A DNA stretch of 64,000 nucleotides, from positions 2,294,001 to 2,358,000 of the forward strand of contig NC_079239.1 of NCBI RefSeq assembly GCF_027921745.1, given 5' to 3'. A program made the translations under genes and the position numbers. A model generated the notes under the pieces. That model had not been told where the DNA came from and searched no databases. It saw only the letters and a list, made by a program, of their open reading frames with translations. This document shows, one piece after another, positions 25,463-34,219 of the stretch (its first letter is position 1; every line of letters starts with the position of its first letter). This DNA is from Schizosaccharomyces osmophilus. Taxonomy: Eukaryota.

Positions 25463-28400
25463 CTATCGAGATGAAGCGCTGTGGTTAAATTCAACGAGTT
25501 TTGCATCTGCTTTCTGTTGAACAATGTGAGTGGGGATCCAAGTGACTGAACGAAGGTAGTCGTTTGACAGTTTCGTATGGTATAAACAGTAATAAAGCGA
25601 AGGCTTTTGGTTGTTGTCGACGTCTAATATACGGTCGATAATTATGTTTGTTAGAAAATTGTTTGCATGTGAGTCTGCGTTGTATGGTTCGAGTTCAGAC
25701 ACATGAAATGATGCAGGGTATCGTCTTCGTATTTCACGAGGAAAATTTAAAGTATAGTTGTGTTCTGCAACTTTCTTTTTTATTTCAAATGGTCCGACAA
25801 ACGTTGGTTCCAGTTTGTTGTTTTGGTGAAAGAATCCCACTTTACCATTCTTAATGAGTACTTGGTCACCGGATTTGAATATTGGCGGTATCTCTGTCTT
25901 GCGATTATAGTATTTTGCATAACGTTCATTTGCTTTTCGTATGTGATTTCTGATCTCGTGAACAGGTTCTGTTTGTGAGGATAAAAATGATGTACCGAGA
26001 TCGTTTATCAATTGCAAATCCCATTCTGTTAGTATAGGTTGTATACCAAATGCGGCCTTTACAGGGCTTACTTTGGTAGCGCTATGTTCAGCAGAGTTAT
26101 AACATAACTGTGCTTTCTTCAAATATGTAGCCCAATTTTCCAAGTTGTCGTGCATATAGCAACGTAAATATGTTTCTACTATTTGGTTAATACGCTCAGT
26201 TTGTCCATTCGTTTGTGGATGATATCCAGAAGATAATTTGAGGGTTATTTTATGATCTTTGAGGTATTGTTTCCATTTATCAGAAATGAATACAGGTCCT
26301 CTGTCGGAAACGATATCTCTTGGATTGCCGTATACCGATACGATGTGATCTTCGAACATTTCAATCAGTTGTTCTGCGGTCGTGGTTGTATTACAAGGAA
26401 GAAACCAAGCCATTTTGGTGAAACGATCAACAATTGTTAAGATGGCATCTTTACCTTGAGATACTGGTAATCCAACGATAAAATCCATAGAATAATGTTG
26501 AAACGGTTTTTCTGCAATGGGCAGTGGTTGTAATTGGCCATAGCGTTGATGATTTCGAGTTTTACTGTGCTGGCATATATCACAATTTTTAACATACTTT
26601 TGGATATCGCTTGTCATTCCTTGCCAATAAAACTTTTCGCGAATGCGATTTGTTGTGGACAATTTTCCTCGATGTCCTCCTGAAATAGGATGATCATGGA
26701 ATTGATAACATATCAACTGAACTAGTTGTGGAACTTTTGGGATGATAATTTGTCTTTTATCATTAATGATGAGGCCGTTTATAATTGTATATTGAGGATT
26801 GTCGTTGTCTCCATCTAGGATTCTTTGGAACTTTTTGTGATTGGAGTACTCTTTGCGAACGTAATCGAAAACGTTTGTTAGATAATTTGTTTCACTTAGT
26901 TGATTTACGGCAGCGATTTTATAATCTGGGCGACGTGAGATTGCGTCTGCTGGTTCATTCTTTCGACCAGGTCGATATTGAATTTCGAAATTGTATAATT
27001 CCAATTCTGTTGCCCATCTATTGATTTTGGAACGAGTATCTGTGCGAATTTTTGTAAACATAGATGTTAGATTCTTGTGATCTGTTAATATTTGAAATGG
27101 TGTTTCTGTGTGAGCTAAGAAATGATACCATTTTCGGAGAGCAGCAATAATTGCATAGGCTTCTTTTTCCCATGTTGGCCAAATGCATTGACGATCTGTG
27201 AATGTTTCTGAATAGAAGGCTATTGGATGATAAACGTTGTCTTCTTGTTTCTGCGATAGAATGGCTCCTATGGCAAAGTCGGAAGCGTCAGTTTCTAATC
27301 GAGTTTCTTTTGTTGGATCATAGTGTTTTAACATAGAAACGTTTTCTAGCTCTTTCTTGATGTTGACAAAGGCTTCTTTATGACGATCGGTCCATTTGTA
27401 TTTGACATTCTTTTTTGTTAAATCATATAACGGTCGTGCCAATTTTGAAAGATTCGGCATAAATCGTCTGGAATAATTAACAAAACCTAAGAAAGATTGT
27501 AGGCGTCGCAACGTATTGGGTTCAGGCCAATTTGTAACAGCTTGAATTCTTTCTGGGTCAATCTCAAGTCCTTGGTTGGAAAAGATATGACCTAAGAATT
27601 TGACTTTCTTTTGGAAAAAGGTACATTTCTCTCGATTTGCGTATAAATTTGCGTCTTGTAGCTTCTGCAATACTTTTCGTAAATGTTCCTCGTGTTCTTT
27701 TTCTGAGGCGGAAAATATCAGAATATCGTCCAAATAAACGATAATAAAAATTCCAAGGTATGGTAAAAGTACTTTGTTAATATACCTTTGAAAATTTGCT
27801 GGCGCATTGGTTAATCCAAAGGGCATTACTTTGTATTCGAATGCTCCAAAGGGTGTCTTGAAGGCTGTCTTTTGTTCATCACCTTCTCGAATTCTAAGTA
27901 AATGATATGCTTCTTTTAGATCAATCGTACTGAAAACTTTGGCTCCGCTTAGGCAATTTATAATTTCTTCAAAGTTTGGTAATGGGTAATTGTCTCTTTT
28001 GGTGATTGCATTTAGTGGTTTATAGTTTATAACCATGCGGTATTTATCTGTTCCCTTTTTCGGTACAACTAGTGGAGCGCACATAAAATTTGATGAGCTT
28101 TCGCGAATTTTGCCTTGACTTAATAATTTTTGCACGTTTTCTTTTATTGTCGCAGATTCTTTTTGTGTATATGGCCTTAGTTTCGGTGCATAATCTGGCA
28201 ATTTGTTTGTAAGTTCGATTTTTAAATCACTATCTGTGTGTCTGGGTAAAGGAATGTCTGTAACTTCTGTGAACACTTTGTTGAATGATTTCAATAGATC
28301 TTCGACTTTTGGATTTTCCTTGTTGTCGTTATTCTTTTCCTCCTTTATCTTGTTGCCATATAAAAAGTCTAAACTTTTCAATTTTTTCAGAATGCTCCAT

Positions 28401-28753
28401 CCGAGGAGAACTTCGTTTTCTGAAGTCGGAGTAATTATAAACGTTTCGTAAAATTTTCGTTTATTGATTTCTACTGGCAATGTTAAATTTCCTTTAACTT
28501 GAAGTTTGTCGTTGGTTATCCCTAGAAACGTTCGGTTTTCTTTATTAAATTTACGCGTAATTTGTTTAGCCAGGTCTTCTCTCAAGATGGATACGTTGGC
28601 GCCAGTATCTATCAATGCATTGACCTTGAGGTTTGCAATTTTGACATCTTGATATTGTGAAGATTGCTTTTCGTAGTGTTTTTGTGGATTTCCCGCAATG
28701 ATTTTGTTTATAGAGACGACTTCATCTCTTCTAGACTTGTTTCCCTTATCTAG
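25463..28753 (-). CDS. Pol polyprotein PR-RT-RH-IN (1096 codons open directly after the gag stop)
   Basis: LIDTGA protease; YLDD RT; ETDASD RNase H; HHCC and DDE integrase (SMDFI, SDRG, ERINQ); GPF motif; degenerate chromodomain-like tail. Confidence 0.96.
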   Translation of the reverse strand, partial: LDKGNKSRRDEVVSINKIIAGNPQKHYEKQSSQYQDVKIANLKVNALIDTGANVSILREDLAKQITRKFNKENRTFLGITNDKLQVKGNLTLPVEINKRKFYETFIITPTSENEVLLGWSILKKLKSLDFLYGNKIKEEKNNDNKENPKVEDLLKSFNKVFTEVTDIPLPRHTDSDLKIELTNKLPDYAPKLRPYTQKESATIKENVQKLLSQGKIRESSSNFMCAPLVVPKKGTDKYRMVINYKPLNAITKRDNYPLPNFEEIINCLSGAKVFSTIDLKEAYHLLRIREGDEQKTAFKTPFGAFEYKVMPFGLTNAPANFQRYINKVLLPYLGIFIIVYLDDILIFSASEKEHEEHLRKVLQKLQDANLYANREKCTFFQKKVKFLGHIFSNQGLEIDPERIQAVTNWPEPNTLRRLQSFLGFVNYSRRFMPNLSKLARPLYDLTKKNVKYKWTDRHKEAFVNIKKELENVSMLKHYDPTKETRLETDASDFAIGAILSQKQEDNVYHPIAFYSETFTDRQCIWPTWEKEAYAIIAALRKWYHFLAHTETPFQILTDHKNLTSMFTKIRTDTRSKINRWATELELYNFEIQYRPGRKNEPADAISRRPDYKIAAVNQLSETNYLTNVFDYVRKEYSNHKKFQRILDGDNDNPQYTIINGLIINDKRQIIIPKVPQLVQLICYQFHDHPISGGHRGKLSTTNRIREKFYWQGMTSDIQKYVKNCDICQHSKTRNHQRYGQLQPLPIAEKPFQHYSMDFIVGLPVSQGKDAILTIVDRFTKMAWFLPCNTTTTAEQLIEMFEDHIVSVYGNPRDIVSDRGPVFISDKWKQYLKDHKITLKLSSGYHPQTNGQTERINQIVETYLRCYMHDNLENWATYLKKAQLCYNSAEHSATKVSPVKAAFGIQPILTEWDLQLINDLGTSFLSSQTEPVHEIRNHIRKANERYAKYYNRKTEIPPIFKSGDQVLIKNGKVGFFHQNNKLEPTFVGPFEIKKKVAEHNYTLNFPREIRRRYPASFHVSELEPYNADSHANNFLTNIIIDRILDVDNNQKPSLYYCLYHTKLSNDYLRSVTWIPTHIVQQKADAKLVEFNHSASSR

Positions 28754-29629
28754 TCATTCGCTTGGTTTTGATTTCGCTCCATATTTGGAGTCATCCCAGT
28801 TCTTGGTTTGTTCGCGTTTATTTGGTTTCCAAGCTTTCTGTTTCGGTGTTGAGAACTGTTGGCGTGTATATTTCGTTGGTTTTGGAAGTGGTGTGTACCA
28901 TAACTTTCTCTTTGTCTGTTTTCTTGCTTGATGTATATCTCCTTTCTCATAACCATTATCAAGAAGAAGGCTTCGGTGATTCATTTTGAGGCTTAAAAAG
29001 ATAGTGACCCTATTATGTGTTTCTCGGTCTAAGCTATTGAGCCATTTCTCATATTCATGAAAATCAAGATCCAAATTTGGTGTTTGTTCTAAATATTCAT
29101 GCAATGTTTCTAGCCAAGAATCGCTTTTTCCATTTTCAAGGGTTTGTTCAAAGACGAACTCAAAGGTTCTATTTTTTCCGGGCTTTTTCACAATTTCTTT
29201 AATTTGGTTTTGATAATGTTCTCCAGTTCTATCATAAAGATAGTTGATTTTTTCACGATCAGTTGGAAACACTAGTGGAACTGTTTTGAAGATCATTACC
29301 AGTGCATCCTTGAAGTCACTTAAGTTTTGGTTGTTTTTTCCCGTAAATGTTTTTGGTATGTATCTTCTGACTTCGTCTAGGTATAAATTGTATTTTGTAC
29401 CATAATTCTGTGATATCAAGTCGATCATGTCTAACGGGTTCTCATAGATATAATCTTCGTCAATCTCCATTTTACTCATTTTTTCGGCCATCCTTTCTTG
29501 ATTCATGGCCATGATTTGATCAGACATCATTTTGTTATGTTTAGTGTATTCCTTTTGCAGCGCACGCACTTGTGTTTGCATTTGCTGAAAAGCAATTTCA
29601 AACCCAGCGCTTTCAGAATCCACTTCCAT
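28754..29629 (-). CDS. Gag (291 aa)
   Basis: First ORF after the PBS; PKTFTGKN capsid-like motif; basic C-terminus without a CCHC knuckle, as in Tf1/Tf2. Confidence 0.9.
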   Translation of the reverse strand: MEVDSESAGFEIAFQQMQTQVRALQKEYTKHNKMMSDQIMAMNQERMAEKMSKMEIDEDYIYENPLDMIDLISQNYGTKYNLYLDEVRRYIPKTFTGKNNQNLSDFKDALVMIFKTVPLVFPTDREKINYLYDRTGEHYQNQIKEIVKKPGKNRTFEFVFEQTLENGKSDSWLETLHEYLEQTPNLDLDFHEYEKWLNSLDRETHNRVTIFLSLKMNHRSLLLDNGYEKGDIHQARKQTKRKLWYTPLPKPTKYTRQQFSTPKQKAWKPNKREQTKNWDDSKYGAKSKPSE

Positions 29630-29681
29630 TTTTGTTTTTATTCGAATGAATCGTACTTAAAAAACGAAAAAGATTTCCACT

Positions 29682-29696
29682 TTCAGATTGGAAGAT
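29682..29696 (-). other. primer-binding site, self-priming type (ATCTTCCAATCTGAA)
   Basis: 5 nt inside the 5' LTR boundary; exact reverse complement of LTR 29895-29909 on the transcript strand; does not start with TGG. Confidence 0.88.
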
Positions 29697-29701
29697 AATT
29701 T

Positions 29702-30093
29702 TGTCACAGGACGAATCTCACTTGTTATGAGAATAAGTATTCAGTGGAAAAGATGTAAGTAATAACAATTCATAAAATTGTATGTTTGACTTTTAAATTG
29801 GATACTTTTGTACTATAGAAGAATAGTAACAGCTTCCAGGGATCTGATTCACTAAGTAAGTTGTATGAACGATTTATTTAGCTAGATCAGTCAAATCTTC
29901 CAATCTGAAGATTTGCCAGGTAATTTTCATTTTTTATAATTTGTAACAAAGTCTTTGTCTAATAGTATTTTCTTTGTCTTCTTTCAACTCTTTGTTTCAA
30001 GAGTTTCTTTGTTTATTCATTACTTTCATGAATCCTTATTGTTATACAATAATAATATCAAGATATTAGTAATATCGTATACCAGTTATGACA
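29702..30093 (-). repeat. 5' LTR (TATAAA about 29933-29938 on minus strand; inferred TSS near 29909)
   Basis: Direct repeat of 25011-25402. Confidence 0.97.
29945..30013. promoter_or_regulatory. cluster of Ste11 TR-box-like motifs in U3
   Basis: TTTCTTTGTT (30004-30013), TCTTTGTT (29989-29996), TTTCTTTGTC, TCTTTGTC and AACAAAG within 70 bp. Confidence 0.6.
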
Positions 30094-30351
30094 GCTTCTC
30101 TGGGCTTATTATATAATAGTCATAGACTCTCATCTCCACAGAGCAAGCTTACCATAAAAAACAGTACTTAACAGTACTAGAAAAGGTACAATCGAGAGTA
30201 TAGTAAACAACAATCTTCGCTTTGTTGGATTTTTCCTTTCATTTCTTTACTGTCTTTTAAAACTAACTCTTCGTCGCGACTTTTGGATTTTATCTACATC
30301 CTCCTATCTTCATCTCAATCCTTGGTTGCTTCTTTTAAAACATTCATTAAT

Positions 30352-31737
30352 ATGCGGCTGTATAGCTTCTCTCTATGGTTCTTTGCTCTCGTTGTAGGCT
30401 CTGTATCGGCCCGGGTTTCGGATTCTGAAACTTTCAAGAATACATTCAATCTTCAAGAACATCTGGGCAGTCTAAGCATTTACCATGAACCATATTTCGC
30501 TGGCTTAAGTTCAAAGTTTCCGGAATCTTGCGAAATTCGCCAACTTCATATTTTGCAACGCCATGGTTCACGAAATCCAACTGCGGGCGACAGTATTACC
30601 AATGCTGGTTACCTTGCTCAAGTTCAGGACCAACTTATCAATGGGACTTTCCCAATCAACTATACAGTTCCTGGTAACCCCTTTCAGTTTATCAAATCCT
30701 GGGTCCCAGTCATCAATCCCAGCAATGCTGATAAGCTTTCCAGCAGTGGCCGTTTGGAATTGTTTGAAATGGGCCGTGAAATTTTTTCTCGATACAACAA
30801 ATTGTTCGATAGCGATGTTTACGAAATCAATACGGCTGCTCAAGATCGTGTCGTCGAGTCTGCAACGTGGTACACCTATGGCATGTTTGGAGAAGAAATG
30901 GCAAACAAGACTAAATACATTTACCTTGCTGAGGACGAGACAGCTGGCGCTAACACTCTTTCTGGTCACAAGGCTTGCAATGTCTACAATGAAAAGAAGA
31001 TCAACCAAAAAAAAACCAAACATGTTCTTTCCGAATGGGAAGAGATTTTTTTGTCTCCTATTAAAACACGTCTCAACCCTTACTTTTCAGATTATAATCT
31101 CACGAATGATGATGTTAGAAGCTTTTTCTACTTATGTGCCTTTGAGGTCGCTTTGAAGGATGAAAGTGACTTTTGTTCTCTTTTCACTCCTTCTGAGGTT
31201 ATCAATTTTGAATACGATTATGACCTTAAATTCTCCTTTCATACCGGTCCTGCTTCTGAATGGTCATCCATTATGGGCGGTGCTTATATCCACAATTTAG
31301 CTGAATCTCTTCGTTCCATCTCTAATGAAACTAATCATCAAAAAACATTTTTTGCTTTCACCCACGACACTCATATTTTTGCTGTTGAGACTGCACTTGG
31401 TTTCTTCCCTGATATCACACATGAAAACCCTCTACCGGCTACTTTTAATCCTTATACTTATTCTGCTAAAACTTCTTCATTCGTTCCTTTTGCTGGAAAC
31501 CTAATCACTGAGCTTTTCCAATGCCAAGACCAAAAGTATTATGTTCGACACCTTGTTAACCAGCAAGTATTTCCTTTAACTGACTGTGGTTATGGCCCAT
31601 CTCATTCTTCAGATGGTATGTGTGAGCTTTCTGCTTATCTTAATTCTCCCGTTCGTGTTAATTCTACTAATAACGGTACCAACATCTTTAATGCTGCATG
31701 CGAAGCACAGCCTACCAATGTTACAGTTCACTACTAG
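30352..31737 (+). CDS. secreted histidine acid phosphatase (Pho1/Pho4 family paralog)
   Basis: Signal peptide; RHGSRNP and FTHD catalytic motifs; several N-glycosylation sequons; TATA about 30110. Confidence 0.95.
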   Translation: MRLYSFSLWFFALVVGSVSARVSDSETFKNTFNLQEHLGSLSIYHEPYFAGLSSKFPESCEIRQLHILQRHGSRNPTAGDSITNAGYLAQVQDQLINGTFPINYTVPGNPFQFIKSWVPVINPSNADKLSSSGRLELFEMGREIFSRYNKLFDSDVYEINTAAQDRVVESATWYTYGMFGEEMANKTKYIYLAEDETAGANTLSGHKACNVYNEKKINQKKTKHVLSEWEEIFLSPIKTRLNPYFSDYNLTNDDVRSFFYLCAFEVALKDESDFCSLFTPSEVINFEYDYDLKFSFHTGPASEWSSIMGGAYIHNLAESLRSISNETNHQKTFFAFTHDTHIFAVETALGFFPDITHENPLPATFNPYTYSAKTSSFVPFAGNLITELFQCQDQKYYVRHLVNQQVFPLTDCGYGPSHSSDGMCELSAYLNSPVRVNSTNNGTNIFNAACEAQPTNVTVHY

Positions 31738-31905
31738 ATATTAAAAAATAAAGAATCTAATTTTTAATAAATTAAATTAATATTAATACTCTTAACCAAA
31801 CCCGAACCTATCCTTTTTGTGATGAACAGTGTATGCCTAGTGATATCCAACTTTGTGAAAAAGTGAACCAAAAAAACCATTTATGTTACGTAAAAATAAC
31901 CCCCT

Positions 31906-33357
31906 TTAAGCTGTGATTCCTGCCAAAGCACCATTTCGAGTCTGAACTTCTTCATAAACTTTTTGTAAATGATCATCAAACTTGAAAAATGGTTGCTCCT
32001 TCAACTTTTCAAACGCGCTGTTCGTTAACATGTTAAGGGCAAGTGTAACGGAGCTTTCAGTGGCAGGTAATGAAGAAATTTCGTAAGTAGTTTGGATAAA
32101 TAACTTGTAAAACTCTTGTCTTGAGCTTGACGAAATGGCCAAGTCAGAAACAACGGCTTGATATTTTTGGATTGACAGCTCTAAATCATGAACAAACTCA
32201 GGATCCTGAACCACTCGAGAAATAAGATCAAGATTAGGAGCTGAAGAGGCGAAAACACCCATGAAAGGCAGTAAAGATGCATTGGCGGGGAAAATACCAT
32301 GGAATTTACAGAAAATCGAGTACACACTCCAGCGATGTAATAGGGCGCCGTAGGCAACCCCAGCTTCATCTTTCAAATCTTTTAATGCATTATCTAGTGT
32401 TTCAGTCATTTTTTCATACAAGAGATATCTTGCTACAGGGATGGTAGCGCATTCAAACAAAAGATCAAAAATAGCGACCAGAAATTCAGCGCTCTCTCGT
32501 TTAGAAAGGCTTTCTATAGCAGTAGAATATATTGTGTAAAGGACATTCGCATACTTTTCCACTTGTTCAGCGGCATTAGCAGAGTCCTCGGCATTCATCG
32601 CGGAAGTCACCTTTTCGTTAACACCATTGGCATTGTGAGTTTTATCAGCTAAATATTCTTCCATGGATATAGAAGGAAGCTGTATATGATCGCTATCCAA
32701 GGAATCACCAGAAGGACCCGAGGAGGCTGCTTCTTCCTTTTCTGTGTCAGCAGCCAAGAGAATCTCGGAACGGTAATGCAACTTGGCCATATAAGCCAAC
32801 TCAAGACGAAAATAGGAAGCCCAAAGAATGGGGTTTTCCTTGTTTAACCTTAGTGCTCTGTGCATCAACGAACGGGCAGCGGCCATGTTTGCATTTTCAG
32901 TGAACTCGTTATCGCACGCTACGAGCCACAAATGGATGTTGTTGGGATGCTTTTGAATAGCTGCAGCGCAGATTTTGCCAACGATATGGGATGCATGAAT
33001 AGACTTTGCGTATTGGATATAATCCAACCATAGGGTGGAATCGCCAAAAAATTTGTTGGTAGCTCTCAAAAACAGATACAAAATCTTCCGAACACCTGCA
33101 TAATCACTAACAGTCGTCTTTCCCTTAACCTGTAATCTTCTATGACGCTTTTTACGGAGTGCCTCCAGAGTCATTTCATACTGAATGTAACTCAAAAAGT
33201 CACTTAATTTCACCTGTCGTCTTGAAAGTTTTTCTTCGTAACCTCTTCTAGACTTTACAATGCTATTGATTTCTTCTTGGTTGAAAATTTTCTTTTCCAA
33301 CAAGTCTTCCAATTCAGGAACGCTGCGTTCCAAATAGTATTGAACCTTTTCCGCCAT
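31906..33357 (-). CDS. utp6: U3 snoRNP-associated protein Utp6
   Basis: MAEKVQYYLERSVPELEDL N-terminus and HAT repeats. Confidence 0.93.
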   Translation of the reverse strand: MAEKVQYYLERSVPELEDLLEKKIFNQEEINSIVKSRRGYEEKLSRRQVKLSDFLSYIQYEMTLEALRKKRHRRLQVKGKTTVSDYAGVRKILYLFLRATNKFFGDSTLWLDYIQYAKSIHASHIVGKICAAAIQKHPNNIHLWLVACDNEFTENANMAAARSLMHRALRLNKENPILWASYFRLELAYMAKLHYRSEILLAADTEKEEAASSGPSGDSLDSDHIQLPSISMEEYLADKTHNANGVNEKVTSAMNAEDSANAAEQVEKYANVLYTIYSTAIESLSKRESAEFLVAIFDLLFECATIPVARYLLYEKMTETLDNALKDLKDEAGVAYGALLHRWSVYSIFCKFHGIFPANASLLPFMGVFASSAPNLDLISRVVQDPEFVHDLELSIQKYQAVVSDLAISSSSRQEFYKLFIQTTYEISSLPATESSVTLALNMLTNSAFEKLKEQPFFKFDDHLQKVYEEVQTRNGALAGITA

Positions 33358-33754
33358 CCTGCTAAATCTAATAAATTAATCAGACCTTCTAAATCAACTA
33401 GTATCCCAAAAATTTTTACACGAAACAACTCAAGTTTAGTACGAATGCATGAAATTTCCAATCTCGCGCTGGGCGGTCGTTGGCAAGTTTCTCAAAGTGT
33501 TGTCCCTCTAGATGGAGCATAATCAAGCTTTCTTAAACGAGACGACTTGTTACCTGGACACAAAACAGGATATCTGAAACAAAACAGGTGAATCGCACTA
33601 GGACGAATGAGAGATGTTTTTTAATCAAATCAATTAAATCAATCAAGTAAAAAAAAGATCCCTTAATAGCGTTTTCTTGTCGTTTGTGTTTGAACGCTAA
33701 CGTTCAATCTTGATGCAAATGTTATGTTTTCTTAACCTTTCTGGACATCAATTG

Positions 33755-33826
33755 GCTCTTGTAGCTCAGTGGTAGAGCGCTTGCCTAGTAAGCAAGAGGT
33801 CCAGTGTTCAAGTCACTGCTGGAGCA
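33755..33826 (+). tRNA. tRNA-Thr(AGT)
   Basis: Cloverleaf; anticodon arm CTTGC-CT-AGT-AA-GCAAG; A and B boxes; downstream T run. Confidence 0.96.
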
Positions 33827-34219
33827 ACATTTTTCTTTTTCGCTAGAGCAGGAATGAACTCACTAGGAATGATTTCCACTTGACGATTTTAGAGCGATTG
33901 AAAAGTACTTTTTTCTTTTGAAAAGCAAGCAAGCTATACAACCTCCAAATTCATTGCCTGCTTCTTGTTTACCATTGTTCCTTTACTTCATTTTGCGTAA
34001 CGGAACACTCTCCCGTTTTGTAGAATAATGTTGTATAGTGAACATCCTTATGCACTACCCTTCCCGTTTCCCATATGTGCGTACTGGAATGACCAGCTTG
34101 TCAACAACACCAACTTGTACCCAGAGGAATACTCGTTCATTTTAGCAACGTTTTTCTTTGTTTGCTATTGAAATCTTTTGTTTTAAAGTGCGGGAGTTGG
34201 AGGTATTGTGGGAATCAAG

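Larger units (their letters stand above)
25011..30093 (-). mobile_element. full-length Ty3/Gypsy (Tf1/Tf2-like) LTR retrotransposon, 5083 bp
   Basis: Two 392-bp LTRs identical by eye, TG..CA ends, GCTTC TSD (25006-25010 and 30094-30098), PBS, PPT, gag and pol. Confidence 0.98.

Noticed and set aside
28750..28962. Alternative-frame ORF at the gag end suggesting a ribosomal frameshift
   Set aside because: It stops at 28750 and does not reach pol; pol is in frame with gag itself
33755..33826. U-U mismatch in the tRNA-Thr acceptor stem
   Set aside because: Single mismatch in an otherwise canonical tRNA; not evidence of a pseudogene
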